Under the pieces are notes generated by a model. That model made no database searches, was not told the origin of the DNA, and was given only the letters and a program-made list of their open reading frames with translations. A stretch of 64,000 nt of DNA, taken from positions 30-64,029 of the forward strand of contig JBHLPF010000016.1 of the NCBI GenBank assembly GCA_048939765.1, given 5' to 3'. The translations under genes and the position numbers were made by a program. This stretch comes from Promethearchaeota archaeon. Lineage in GTDB: Archaea; Asgardarchaeota; Thorarchaeia; Thorarchaeales; Thorarchaeaceae. Positions 33,048 through 43,298 of this stretch are shown one piece after another (position 1 is the first letter of the stretch; the number at the start of each line of letters is the position of its first letter).

Positions 33048-36000
33048 TTACCTGCGTCGTGCCAACACCAGAACTAGGACGAGCATTGCCACCATTGCTC
33101 CAACCATAAGGTATAGCGTGGAATGACCAGTTGGTGGTTGTGGTGGTGTGGTTGAGGTATATGGAGTAGTTGTCGTTGTGCCATTGGCTTGCGCTGATAG
33201 GAATGCACTCGAATATGACACAAAGACGGGGTCGCATCGAACCTCTTCTCCTCCCCACATCTCATATCCAGCAGTCATGAACAGCATTGATGCCTCAACT
33301 GTCCAGTCAGTGACAGTCTGGCCTGCAGCTGACTCGTACATGACACTAAATGCTCCAAGAGGCGCTGTGGATGAACCGGAGATATACTCGGTCGTGAATC
33401 CATCACCACCCCAGTAGTAGGGCAGGCCGCCCATTGTTACATTGGCATATGGTGTGTCTTCTGCTCCAAACTGGTAGTATGAAGCTGCAACGCTATCTGC
33501 ATTTGTGTCTGCGACGGGAACGCCTTCAGCATGGTATGTGGTTCGAGTGGCAGTTCCAAGAATTCCAAAGAAATTCACTGCGAGGCTCCTGTCCTGCAAG
33601 ACACGGTTGTCAAACTCATTCAGAGTCCACTCACCAAACACCTGATCGACCTTGAAGGCGACAGCATGGTTCCATCTTGCGGGATCTTCAGGATCATAGG
33701 CCACCATGTCGACATTGAAACTGATGTCAAATGACATCTTCTCAACAGTTGCAGTTGATATACAGTGGTCGAAATCAGTGTTCGTTAGACTTGACACGGC
33801 CTCGTATGACTGGCGATAGTCCCAGCAGCCTCTGATGCCATCAGAGTCACGAATCTGCAGTGGATAGATGGTCACATTGACATTATAGATGGTGATCCCG
33901 AATTCCACAGGAGTATCGGGGCTGACAACTTCATTTCCGCTGTCTGCATCTGATCCCAAGGGGCGTTCGAGCTCCAATCGTTCAATGTCATCGATGAGCA
34001 CGAAGTGCGTCACCTCATCCGTGACAACCTGGCCGTCTCGTATCTGGAAGTCAGGCGCGCCATTATCCAGCTCACCCTCACCATCGTTGAACAGAAGAAG
34101 GCCTGCATACCTGGCCTTGAAACCAGCCCACTCCTGCCGCTGCGCTGTTGCGGCTACACGAAAGTGCTGTTCTGTACCCCAGGCAAACCAAGTATTGGAC
34201 CATTTGCCTGACTCAATTCCAGGTATGTCTGCATGAACGTCTGTACGGTTCTTGGACATCCATGCAATCCACTCATAGCCTGGCGCGGGTATCTCATCAA
34301 TATCATCAGCCCACAAAGTATCACGGATATCATCCATCTCAACTGGACCAATGGGTGTTCCATCTTCAGCAGAGTACCAGTAGAACATCTCACTCGCCTG
34401 ATAGTCCATGAGCGTTCTTACCACTCCCATCCACGACGTAGACCTGAACTCATCACCAATCCTTCCAGGAGATGGATCGAATTCGACTCCCACTATCATG
34501 CCTTCAAGCGTGGTGTTGCCCTCGTCGTGCCATGTTGCAGTCCTCTTGACATAGTACTGGTCATCTGTTGTGAACTCATTGCCATCAAGGTCAAGAGCAC
34601 CTTCATCGGTAACTGACCAAACCGGTTCCTCCCAAACCGGAATGTCGCCGACAATCAGTCTATGCGGGCTCCAAAGAATATTGGAGGTAATTGGCGCCTT
34701 GATTGTTTTATTGCCGATCGGGTACAAATCGTAGTCGTTGCTAGCATGGGGTGACGCATTCAAGAACTGCTCATCAAGCAAGCCTACCTCTACACTGACG
34801 TCATCGTAGATCGCTGGTGGTGTATTCGGGGAAAGAGCGAAATCAATACGACCAACCGTTAGGTCCTCGCCGATTGCAAGCTCGTATCCGAGATACTCAA
34901 CCAGATTGATTGCAGGGATCAACTGTGGTGGTGAAACCAGACCTGTATCAAGATTCTGATACTGAATGGCAACAATGGAGATATCGCCGCTGAATGGACC
35001 TACTAAATCCACTGTGAAATAGTGTCTTATAGCATATGTCCATGAGTGGGTTTCATTCTGTCCACTACCGTATCCACCAAATGAGACAGTCACATTCTGA
35101 AGGGTTCTGTTCACAAATATCCCATCTACGTCGATGAATAGTCCTGGCTCAGCTTCAAAGTTCGTGGCTTCGGAGTATAGTTCATAGGTGCCGTTTATGA
35201 TGCCTTTGGGAGCATGAACATCAAAGGTGATATTCAGTATATCATTCGGCATGGCACGTTCAGCAATATCACCATTCTGATTGAGCACATTGGCCTCAAT
35301 AAACGCATTCTTGAATGATAGCTGAACTGTGTTCTTCCGTTCAATCTCCCGACGTGGATTCAGGCTGCGTCCGTCCTGACTCACAACAGTCCAGAAGTAT
35401 GGTTGGGGTTTTACTGTGTCGCCTTCAATGTACACGTCGTCATGCATGTCAGTGTAGTCTGTGTAAGAACCTGTCCACTTGATCTCTTGCTGAGTAGGTG
35501 ATTCGTAAACAGCATTGAGAGAATAGAAGCGGCTCAAGTCTGTGGTGTAATTGAGTACAATGTCATAGGTTACGGTCCACAAATTGACAACATCCAGCCA
35601 TATCCAGTTGATATTGTCGAAATACCCAGGTACTGCATAGGCTCCAGTGCTGTTATAGACAAAGAACAACACTAGCGGGAAGTAGTCATAGTGCTTTTCT
35701 GCTGCAGAGTAGTTCCAAAGCTGATCCAAGTCCTTCAATGCCCATGGATGGTGAAGCCCATAATCTGGGTCCCAACTGAGAATCGAGAATTGGACCATAA
35801 CGTCAGCTAGAGGCTCATTGGAAACCATCCTGAAAGTGAATAGGTCGCCAACGTCTACATAGTGGAGGATATTCCCAGTGCCATCGATTACTTCTGCATA
35901 GTAGTATTCCGGCAATGCAAAATCGCTTCTTGGTACTTCCATTCCTAAGCCAATTGGGGGAGTGGCGTACTCTCCAGCTTCAGCCTTTGCCAGCCAAGAC

Positions 36001-36632
36001 GGGGTAATTGGTCGTCCCAAAGTATCTACAGCCTGTAATCCTGTCCAGAGAATCGCGTTCACTACCTCTTCGGTGAACATCATCGCAAAGACAAGATCAT
36101 AGGACCTCTTCACGGTGTCATTCTCATAAACACAATATGCCTCATAGAGTTCCATGAAACCGAGACCCGTTGGAACCACTGCATCGTGGACATAATTGAA
36201 GCTAATACTATTCCATGCTCCAGAAGTGACGTTATACTCCATGCCGAATGCTGTCCTTTGGTGAGGTTGCGTTGCCCCCCAGAAACCGACTGCATCTAGA
36301 GTTGAAGCAGAGCTGAGAAACTCCCAAGGAATTGAGATATTCACTAGAAGCTGATCATCAGCATTGACTCTAAATCCATTCTCAGCGGTTGAGGTGCCAT
36401 TCCAGACCCAGTCTTCAGCATAGCCTATCCAAACCGTAGGCTGAGGACCAAACACCCATTCAGAATGTTCGTCATCATGACTGAAGCTTTCGGTCTCGTT
36501 AACGACCTGCCAGCCGACACGAAGTTCAGGATCACTTTCTCCTTGTGCACTGACAATCCTTGTTCCAGCGAATGCCAGAGCAGAACCGAGCAAAAGAACA
36601 AGCATGACAAATCCAGTTTTTCCTTTCTTCAT
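33048..36632 (-). CDS. 1194-aa secreted surface protein with Thr/Pro stalk and C-terminal TM anchor
   Basis: Signal peptide MKKGKTGFVMLVLLLGSALAFAG and GAGGTGA SD. Many N-x-S/T sequons. C-terminus GTTTTTPYTSTTPPQPP...LYLMVGAMVAMLVLVLVLARRR. Confidence 0.75.
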   Translation of the reverse strand: MKKGKTGFVMLVLLLGSALAFAGTRIVSAQGESDPELRVGWQVVNETESFSHDDEHSEWVFGPQPTVWIGYAEDWVWNGTSTAENGFRVNADDQLLVNISIPWEFLSSASTLDAVGFWGATQPHQRTAFGMEYNVTSGAWNSISFNYVHDAVVPTGLGFMELYEAYCVYENDTVKRSYDLVFAMMFTEEVVNAILWTGLQAVDTLGRPITPSWLAKAEAGEYATPPIGLGMEVPRSDFALPEYYYAEVIDGTGNILHYVDVGDLFTFRMVSNEPLADVMVQFSILSWDPDYGLHHPWALKDLDQLWNYSAAEKHYDYFPLVLFFVYNSTGAYAVPGYFDNINWIWLDVVNLWTVTYDIVLNYTTDLSRFYSLNAVYESPTQQEIKWTGSYTDYTDMHDDVYIEGDTVKPQPYFWTVVSQDGRSLNPRREIERKNTVQLSFKNAFIEANVLNQNGDIAERAMPNDILNITFDVHAPKGIINGTYELYSEATNFEAEPGLFIDVDGIFVNRTLQNVTVSFGGYGSGQNETHSWTYAIRHYFTVDLVGPFSGDISIVAIQYQNLDTGLVSPPQLIPAINLVEYLGYELAIGEDLTVGRIDFALSPNTPPAIYDDVSVEVGLLDEQFLNASPHASNDYDLYPIGNKTIKAPITSNILWSPHRLIVGDIPVWEEPVWSVTDEGALDLDGNEFTTDDQYYVKRTATWHDEGNTTLEGMIVGVEFDPSPGRIGDEFRSTSWMGVVRTLMDYQASEMFYWYSAEDGTPIGPVEMDDIRDTLWADDIDEIPAPGYEWIAWMSKNRTDVHADIPGIESGKWSNTWFAWGTEQHFRVAATAQRQEWAGFKARYAGLLLFNDGEGELDNGAPDFQIRDGQVVTDEVTHFVLIDDIERLELERPLGSDADSGNEVVSPDTPVEFGITIYNVNVTIYPLQIRDSDGIRGCWDYRQSYEAVSSLTNTDFDHCISTATVEKMSFDISFNVDMVAYDPEDPARWNHAVAFKVDQVFGEWTLNEFDNRVLQDRSLAVNFFGILGTATRTTYHAEGVPVADTNADSVAASYYQFGAEDTPYANVTMGGLPYYWGGDGFTTEYISGSSTAPLGAFSVMYESAAGQTVTDWTVEASMLFMTAGYEMWGGEEVRCDPVFVSYSSAFLSAQANGTTTTTPYTSTTPPQPPTGHSTLYLMVGAMVAMLVLVLVLARRR

Positions 36633-36861
36633 GTATTAGTCACCTCGCCCTGACCAATTTGGATTTGGGAGATTCCATTATGCTCCAATCAAGAATGCAT
36701 CTGAGCATAATCCTAAGCATGAATTCCGAAACCTGAAATTGATCGTGTGGCGCGTTATTAGTGGTCACGTCTATCGTAACCCCTGATGGAAAAGACCGAC
36801 TAACTGCAGTATATCATCCCTCTTAGAGTATATTAAGGTATATGGATGAATCATACAATTG

Positions 36862-37821
36862 TCAACTTGACAAGATTGCTTCCACTATGCCTTCGTTTTC
36901 TTCGATGACTGCTACTCCCCTACTCTCAAGAATTCTCAGGAGGTCATAGGTTTCCGCAAGGGCTAGCACCATTGAGCTTGCATCATAATCGCCAAACTGT
37001 TTCCGCGATAGCCAGTAGAGTGTCCGAGGCTGTGATGACAAGTAGCTCCTCATCTGGCTCAACTTCATATCATATTCAGACTGCAGTTCGGCAACCCTAC
37101 CTGTGAGATCTGAGATGGGTTCACGATGCCCGGGAAGAGCCGTATAACCAGAGAGAGTTTCCATTCGTCTCAAAGATTTCATGTATCGGACCATGGATAT
37201 CTGTTCACTGATATCGTAGTCAAGACTTGGATTCGAACTGATGGTACCAAGGATATGGTCGCCACTAAACACCACTCGACAGGATTCGCATACGAAACAA
37301 CAAGAACCGAGCGAATGACCTGGAACCCAGATTGTTCTCAGAGCACCAATACTTGTCTTGATTGCGGCACCTTCCTCTAGAAGAAACACGTTTGGTACAG
37401 ACTCTCCGAATCTGAGGAAGTAGCTCTCAAGATACCCAATAGGCATCAGTGGACGTTCATCAGTTCGGACCCCTGCCATTTCGATGATCCGAGTATACGA
37501 CTGAACACGCTCCTTTATGAAGCCCTCATAGTCCACCACTCTGTTGCTATCCGCCTCATGGATACTTACACCGATGGCTGAGTCCCCCTTGTGAGCATTC
37601 TCTCGTACAATTGTTCTTGCGAGTCCAGTATGGTCCACATGGCCATGGGTCAACAGAATACGATCGATATCTTCTGTTGTATATCCGACTCGCAATAGAC
37701 CTTTGCGAAGTGATGAAAGCGCTTCTTCGGTTTTAGGCCCAGTGTCAATCAAGACAACAGGATCGCCCTCTATCAGATAGGCGTTCATGGAGCCAACAGC
37801 GAATGGAGTTGGAATCTCCAA
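36862..37821 (-). CDS. metallo-beta-lactamase-fold hydrolase
   Basis: LLTHGHVDHTG (HxHxDH), a downstream VPGHS, and the GDH..G motif. TTG start. Confidence 0.8.
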   Translation of the reverse strand: MEIPTPFAVGSMNAYLIEGDPVVLIDTGPKTEEALSSLRKGLLRVGYTTEDIDRILLTHGHVDHTGLARTIVRENAHKGDSAIGVSIHEADSNRVVDYEGFIKERVQSYTRIIEMAGVRTDERPLMPIGYLESYFLRFGESVPNVFLLEEGAAIKTSIGALRTIWVPGHSLGSCCFVCESCRVVFSGDHILGTISSNPSLDYDISEQISMVRYMKSLRRMETLSGYTALPGHREPISDLTGRVAELQSEYDMKLSQMRSYLSSQPRTLYWLSRKQFGDYDASSMVLALAETYDLLRILESRGVAVIEENEGIVEAILSS

Positions 37822-37875
37822 CCGATGAATCTCCCTTGGAATCTCTATTGTAGATATCCTCCCGACAATCTGTTT

Positions 37876-39882
37876 CTACAGCTCCTCAAAATAGACTCGC
37901 AAGAGTTCTGCCACATTGCGTGCCCTTGACACACAACCACGATCTCGGTGTGGCGATGATCCGTCAAATAAGTCTGATATTGTTCCTAAAGCTCCTCGTC
38001 TCACTGCCCCTAGGACTGGCCTAAAGAATTCCTGTTCAACAAACGCTCGTGTAGATTTCTTTCTTCCCATTACGGTGAGATACGCAGAGATGTAAGGTCC
38101 AATCAGCCAAGGATGAACACTACCTTGATGAGTGGCATCTGCTCTGCTTCGAGGACCCCCTGTGCATGCACGTGCATACCTTGGGTCTTGTGTTGATAGA
38201 GTTCTCAATCCATAGGGCGTTACGAGCTCTTTCGTTACAACCTTAAGAATGGATCTTGCCATGTCACCTTCAAGCAATGGAAAAGGTAGACTCAGGGCGA
38301 ATATTTGATTTGGTCGAATTGATGTATCATTCTCCTCGTCATTGACAACATCAAAGAGGCATCCTCTATCATCATCATAGAAAGTCTGTAAGAATGCCTC
38401 TTGAATCCAAGAAGCCACCGCTCTGAACTCATACGGATCACGACCTATTAGTTCAGACATGCCAGCCATAGCCATTAGTGAATTATACCATAATGCATTG
38501 GTTTCAACACATTTTCCAACTCTTGGCGTTGCGACCCAGTTGCCAATCTTCTCATTCATCCAAGAAACTTCAATGCCTTCGATTCCAGAAGAAATCAAGC
38601 CATCGTGATCCTCATGGATGTTGTACTTCGTGCCAATTCTAAAGGCTGCGATAATTGATTCCATTGTATCCCAGATGATTCCGCGTAGAAACTCGGTATC
38701 ATTTGTGGCTTGGATGTATTTGTGTACGCCCATAATATACCAGAGTGACGCATCGACTGAGTCATATTGAGGTTGAATCCCCTTATCCGGAAAATCATTT
38801 GCAACAAGGCCATAGCGAGAATGCCTCGCGTATGTCGTTAGAATCGCCCTTGCATCCTGGAATCTGCCAATTGACATTGTGAGGCCAGGAAGTGAGATTA
38901 GAGCATCAAGGCCTATGTCAGCAAGTTGATGATATCCAGCAATCACAGATCTCATTCTCGTGGACGCCCGATCAACAATGAATGAATCGGCATTGAGCAC
39001 AAGCCACTCTATGTCTTCATCGCGTTCCTTTGCCGACATAGAATATGCGCGGTCGTTGAGCACTTTCCGTCTTCGCAGCTCTTCGAATCGAAGCTTGGCA
39101 AAATCCTTGCGCTCCGCATTTGCCAAACCTCCCAAGTCTTTGCGCAATTGCTTTCTCGTCGGTCCCACTGCGAAGAGGAAAGACAGGAAGTGCTCCCCTG
39201 GTTCAAGAACAGTATGAAAGACGCCCGGGACATAGAGTTGTTCCTGATGTGGTAGGCCCATATCCTTCTCTCGTCTATAGACCTGTGTGTCGGAAGTCCG
39301 AATCCCTGAAGCCACGAATTCGGCATCCGGAGTATATGAAAGCATCCATGGGCTATTTGGACGGTCATCGAAGGAGAAGAATGAGTTTTCGTCTATTGCC
39401 TCAACTTGAGGTGTAAAATCCAGGTGAGGGGGTCTCGCATGGAAATCTCTGCATGTCTGCAATGGAGTGACTGTAAACACCGTTTCTTCTTCATTCTTCA
39501 CTTCGTAGTTTATAATAGTGAAGTTTCGTCTATATGCCATGAACATTGTCTTGTCTATGGTCACACCATCAGTTGCATACTTCATCTCGGGAAGCGGATT
39601 CAACTCAAAACGCTTTAGCATCCGATAGCCTCGATGTACTACCCCATTGATTGTCTGTTCAGTGGCGAGATTGGCTTCACCCTCAGATGTAGCAACAACC
39701 TCATCAAGACGAGATAGTGTGAGCCATCTATCAACAGGAGGACTTAGAGACGACACCAAAAGCCCATGATAGCCTCTGGTATTGAGCCCTGCTATTGTGG
39801 ATGAAGCATAGCCTCCAATACCATTTGTATACAGCCATTCGAATGTGACAGCTCTATTGAGCTTCAGGTCAGCTTCATCCAT
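37876..39882 (-). CDS. glycogen debranching enzyme (archaeal type, amylo-alpha-1,6-glucosidase family)
   Basis: N-terminus WLYTNGIGGYASSTIAGLNTRGYHGLL and a C-terminal (alpha/alpha)6-like region with WMNEKIGNW...ALWYN. Trimmed from the TTG at 39906 to the ATG at 39882. Confidence 0.85.
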   Translation of the reverse strand: MDEADLKLNRAVTFEWLYTNGIGGYASSTIAGLNTRGYHGLLVSSLSPPVDRWLTLSRLDEVVATSEGEANLATEQTINGVVHRGYRMLKRFELNPLPEMKYATDGVTIDKTMFMAYRRNFTIINYEVKNEEETVFTVTPLQTCRDFHARPPHLDFTPQVEAIDENSFFSFDDRPNSPWMLSYTPDAEFVASGIRTSDTQVYRREKDMGLPHQEQLYVPGVFHTVLEPGEHFLSFLFAVGPTRKQLRKDLGGLANAERKDFAKLRFEELRRRKVLNDRAYSMSAKERDEDIEWLVLNADSFIVDRASTRMRSVIAGYHQLADIGLDALISLPGLTMSIGRFQDARAILTTYARHSRYGLVANDFPDKGIQPQYDSVDASLWYIMGVHKYIQATNDTEFLRGIIWDTMESIIAAFRIGTKYNIHEDHDGLISSGIEGIEVSWMNEKIGNWVATPRVGKCVETNALWYNSLMAMAGMSELIGRDPYEFRAVASWIQEAFLQTFYDDDRGCLFDVVNDEENDTSIRPNQIFALSLPFPLLEGDMARSILKVVTKELVTPYGLRTLSTQDPRYARACTGGPRSRADATHQGSVHPWLIGPYISAYLTVMGRKKSTRAFVEQEFFRPVLGAVRRGALGTISDLFDGSSPHRDRGCVSRARNVAELLRVYFEEL

Positions 39883-40041
39883 TATTATCAAGAGCAGGGT
39901 CCTCAATTCAACTCGTTTCTATACTAGAGTCGAATCAACTAGGCACTATAAGGATTCTGTGATTACGTGCAGAAACACTGGAACAGGTAGCGTCATAAGG
40001 AGCTCAATGGCTCCTGAAATGCCATATAGGGGTGGCACTCC

Positions 40042-41316
40042 ATGCCGGACATTTCTAGTGACATCACGGCGAATGCCGAATCATTAGGAATTAACCAAGC
40101 TAGCTCAGGCCTTCTTGGTCTGAGCAGAAGCCTCTGGCGTCTAGCAATCGTGGTCGGCATCGCACAGTTTTCCGTTAGCATTTGGAATTGGGAGTTTAGC
40201 ATCTTTCTCGAAACATTTCTTGAACCTTGGCAAATGGGCTTGACCTTTTCAACCAGTACGCTAGCTAGTTTGATTGGCTATTTTCTATCTGGTACAATTG
40301 CTGATCGTATAGGTCGCCGGAAAACCATGATGTTTGCATTCTTGCCAGTGATATTGGGAGTCCTTTCACTAGCGAATTATCCTGTGTGGCCACTCATCCC
40401 TCTTGAGTATGCGTCTTTCATGTTTGGGTGGAGCTTCATAATAATTATGAGTAGAGCGATACCAGCTGATGAGATTGAGAGGACTGGGGGACACAACGCT
40501 GCGCGAAGATTCACAATGGTTCTCATGCCTGCCTTTCTCGTCGACGGTATCAGCCCTGCGGTTGGAGCTACACTGCTGAATTTGGGCCTAGGTTCCAGAG
40601 ACCTTCACATCATGGCAGGCATAGGAGCAATGATTGCTTGTGTTGCTGCCTATTTCCTTATTCAAGAATCCTTGGCAGGAGAGATAATTGAGAGGACAAG
40701 GGGAGGTCCACTAATCTCCTTCAGACGTTTGGGTTCCAACTTCTGGAAACTGACCATAGGCATGTTCACATTTATCTTCTTCTTCAATTCAGCCCTAGCA
40801 TATTATGGAAATATCATTGTAGGTGAATGGGGACTCGATGAAACAACTTTTGGATATGCATGGAGCGGGTTCTCCATAGCCATGGTATTACTTATGCATA
40901 CTATCAGTGGCTATGTTGATAGAGGCTTGAAGAAATCACTATTCCTGGCTGTCCTGGGAAATGGTATAATAATCGCAGTATTCTCATTTGGAAGCGGAGC
41001 TTGGACGCTTTTCCTTCTCAACTTTATCTGGGCAGTTCCGGTAGTAATGTGGATAGGTGCTGAAAGAACCTTAGTTGTTCATGATATCGATGAAGAGAAT
41101 AAGGGGAGGGCACTTGGCACATATCAATTCATTTCGAGTTCTACGAATCTAGTTGCAGCACCCTTTGGCGCCTATATCTGGACCATTTCCGGAAGCCTCA
41201 GGACCCTCTGGCTAATCTCAGGCATCGGTGGCATAATCGCAGCCATGTTTCTAGGTGCCGCATTGAAGTCAATGACATCAGAGGGCGACGCAAATGTTCT
41301 CCCTGACTCGGATTGA
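40042..41316 (+). CDS. MFS-type transporter (paralog A)
   Basis: 424 aa with about 12 TM helices and the MFS loop motif GTIADRIGRRKTM. By eye about 40-45 percent identical to 45223..46461. Confidence 0.8.
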   Translation: MPDISSDITANAESLGINQASSGLLGLSRSLWRLAIVVGIAQFSVSIWNWEFSIFLETFLEPWQMGLTFSTSTLASLIGYFLSGTIADRIGRRKTMMFAFLPVILGVLSLANYPVWPLIPLEYASFMFGWSFIIIMSRAIPADEIERTGGHNAARRFTMVLMPAFLVDGISPAVGATLLNLGLGSRDLHIMAGIGAMIACVAAYFLIQESLAGEIIERTRGGPLISFRRLGSNFWKLTIGMFTFIFFFNSALAYYGNIIVGEWGLDETTFGYAWSGFSIAMVLLMHTISGYVDRGLKKSLFLAVLGNGIIIAVFSFGSGAWTLFLLNFIWAVPVVMWIGAERTLVVHDIDEENKGRALGTYQFISSSTNLVAAPFGAYIWTISGSLRTLWLISGIGGIIAAMFLGAALKSMTSEGDANVLPDSD

Positions 41317-41381
41317 CCGAGGAATCTTCTTATCTCGGTTCGCTGCGTACAAATAGCATAAACAGGTAGCGGGGAACAGGA

Positions 41382-43298
41382 ATGGCGAAAGAAGGCTCAC
41401 GTATCACACGCAGGCTCAAGAAAACAGGTGAGCTTCTTCTAGGTGGAGCCAAACAGCAGGTCACAGGCTACAAGAGCCGTTTTGACAGTCTAAGCGGAAT
41501 CTATGACGATTTTCTGTCTGGATATATCAATCAGTATCCAGAGGGAAAGGCAGATCCTTCATTTGTGGACCGATTCTTTGGCAAGCGTGAACTGTCCTTC
41601 GCGGGTATTGATGGTACTATATGCAAGTATGATGTGTTCGACCTTATCATCTTCTTCGCTGGAGCTTACTCCTCGCACGGCGTAGCCCGAATTGATGACT
41701 CAGGGAATATTGATTTGGAATATGAGGAGCAATACCTCGAGAGGGGCATAGGTCTGTCGAGTGTGCTTCCCATTTATATCAATGAGGTACCCCTCGTAGA
41801 TCAGACAATTCTCTCACGAGCTGAAGATGGCAGTGTGGACCACACCGTAGCTCACACTGACTCTTGGATAATCGACAATTCCGCATTTGCGGATTACATG
41901 ATGACATTGTCAGAGTTCTATCTCGCTTACCGACTGGTCAGCGAGGAGAATCCTGTTGATATCCTTCTTATGGATCGGATCTGCTCTTCTGAAATCTCTT
42001 CATCCTATGCAGAAACCTCTGACTTCAGAATCGATATTGAAAAGGAGTGTGGACTTGTTGGACAAGATGTTGATGGCAGACCGTTTAGTGCTACTGAGTG
42101 GGTTCAAGCGAGAAGGCTCCTCGGGAATTTGCAGCTTGGCACTCCCCCTGCAAGGGGAGAATACCTTCTTCCGAGGATTATGGCAGAACTAAGTATCGAG
42201 AGCTCTGGATTAACGAGAGATGAGCTCTCCATGCGAATGGGAATTGATTCAGAACCAAGACGGGAACGACTTGACAAGGAGCTTGAGTCGGCAATCCGGG
42301 GAAAGGGAGCCTCCAAAGGAATTGTTGTTCGCAAGGGAAAGCACTTCAGTCTGCGGCCTGAATATCGTGATCTCAGAGGACGATTAGAAACCTTGGTTGT
42401 AGAAACTTGTGAACGTCTTTTCTCCGAGGATTCCTCAATAACATATGATGAGAGATTCAAGGTGGGCAAACGATGGCTGACAACCAATGACCTGTCATTC
42501 CTTGCCTTGGCCTCTCTATACCTGACCATCGAGAAATCCTGGCAGAATAAGACCCTTCTAATTGGAGTTGCTAAGGATACTTCTGCAAGAGACCTCAAGA
42601 GACAAGTGATACCGGTTTTGAATCATCTTGGCATATCTGACAAAGGATTCATTGGAGAAAAAGGCGACACACCAGATACTGACAGGATGATTCTGCAGTG
42701 GGTCTCTCTCCAAGAGAGGGAGCGTTTGAAGACGCCATGGGCTACCATTGAATATGACACAGCCTTCAAGACGATAGTACCACATTTTGATAGAAAGCCC
42801 GGACTCGTGTCAGGGGCCAGAAGGAATCAAATCTCACTAGAGAAGACTTTCGTCAAGTCATATTTCCAGCTATGCGAAGCAAAATCGAACCCTCGTTTGC
42901 GGAGCAATGTGCTTCTTTATGATAGGCTGGTATATCCCGGATTTGATGATTTGGATTCAACCTTACTTGAGCTGAAGCATGACTATGAGAGCAAAGCGGA
43001 ATACCCAGAACCCATTGAAGCTGTTCTCTATTGCAGTGTTGAGAATCCAATACAATCATTCATTATCGCATTGTTCAAAGCCATGACAAGTGCGAGCATT
43101 CCCGAGTTATTCGGTCATCTGAAGCCACTCTTTGTTGCAGACAAGGTGGCAAAGTATAATTTCAGTCAATTCAAGAATATGGTCGAGAGCGCTGGAAGTT
43201 GGCTCATCAATCGACCTGAGTTGCGTGAGTTTCTATTCTATCTAAGCACATTTCGAGAAAGGAGGTCTGATGTTGAACAGTCACGAAGACGTACCTAG
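41382..43298 (+). CDS. NurA-like nuclease, enlarged (638 aa) with an inserted winged-helix-like segment
   Basis: NurA-like motifs in order: FAGIDGT, ILLMDRICS, LIGVAKDTSARDL, PDTDRMILQWV. The central segment GLTRDELSMRMGI...GIVVRKGKHFSL looks like a wHTH. Confidence 0.6.
   Translation: MAKEGSRITRRLKKTGELLLGGAKQQVTGYKSRFDSLSGIYDDFLSGYINQYPEGKADPSFVDRFFGKRELSFAGIDGTICKYDVFDLIIFFAGAYSSHGVARIDDSGNIDLEYEEQYLERGIGLSSVLPIYINEVPLVDQTILSRAEDGSVDHTVAHTDSWIIDNSAFADYMMTLSEFYLAYRLVSEENPVDILLMDRICSSEISSSYAETSDFRIDIEKECGLVGQDVDGRPFSATEWVQARRLLGNLQLGTPPARGEYLLPRIMAELSIESSGLTRDELSMRMGIDSEPRRERLDKELESAIRGKGASKGIVVRKGKHFSLRPEYRDLRGRLETLVVETCERLFSEDSSITYDERFKVGKRWLTTNDLSFLALASLYLTIEKSWQNKTLLIGVAKDTSARDLKRQVIPVLNHLGISDKGFIGEKGDTPDTDRMILQWVSLQERERLKTPWATIEYDTAFKTIVPHFDRKPGLVSGARRNQISLEKTFVKSYFQLCEAKSNPRLRSNVLLYDRLVYPGFDDLDSTLLELKHDYESKAEYPEPIEAVLYCSVENPIQSFIIALFKAMTSASIPELFGHLKPLFVADKVAKYNFSQFKNMVESAGSWLINRPELREFLFYLSTFRERRSDVEQSRRRT

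Noticed and set aside
39982-39992. Exact 11-nt repeat AACAGGTAGCG upstream of MFS-A (39982) and of the NurA-like gene (41361)
   Set aside because: In 64 kb, hundreds of 11-mer coincidences are expected by chance. The repeat is absent upstream of MFS-B. It is noted but not called regulatory.
42104-42598. 164-aa ORF on the minus strand inside the NurA-like gene
   Set aside because: It is an antisense shadow ORF, Ser/Arg-rich, with no start context.
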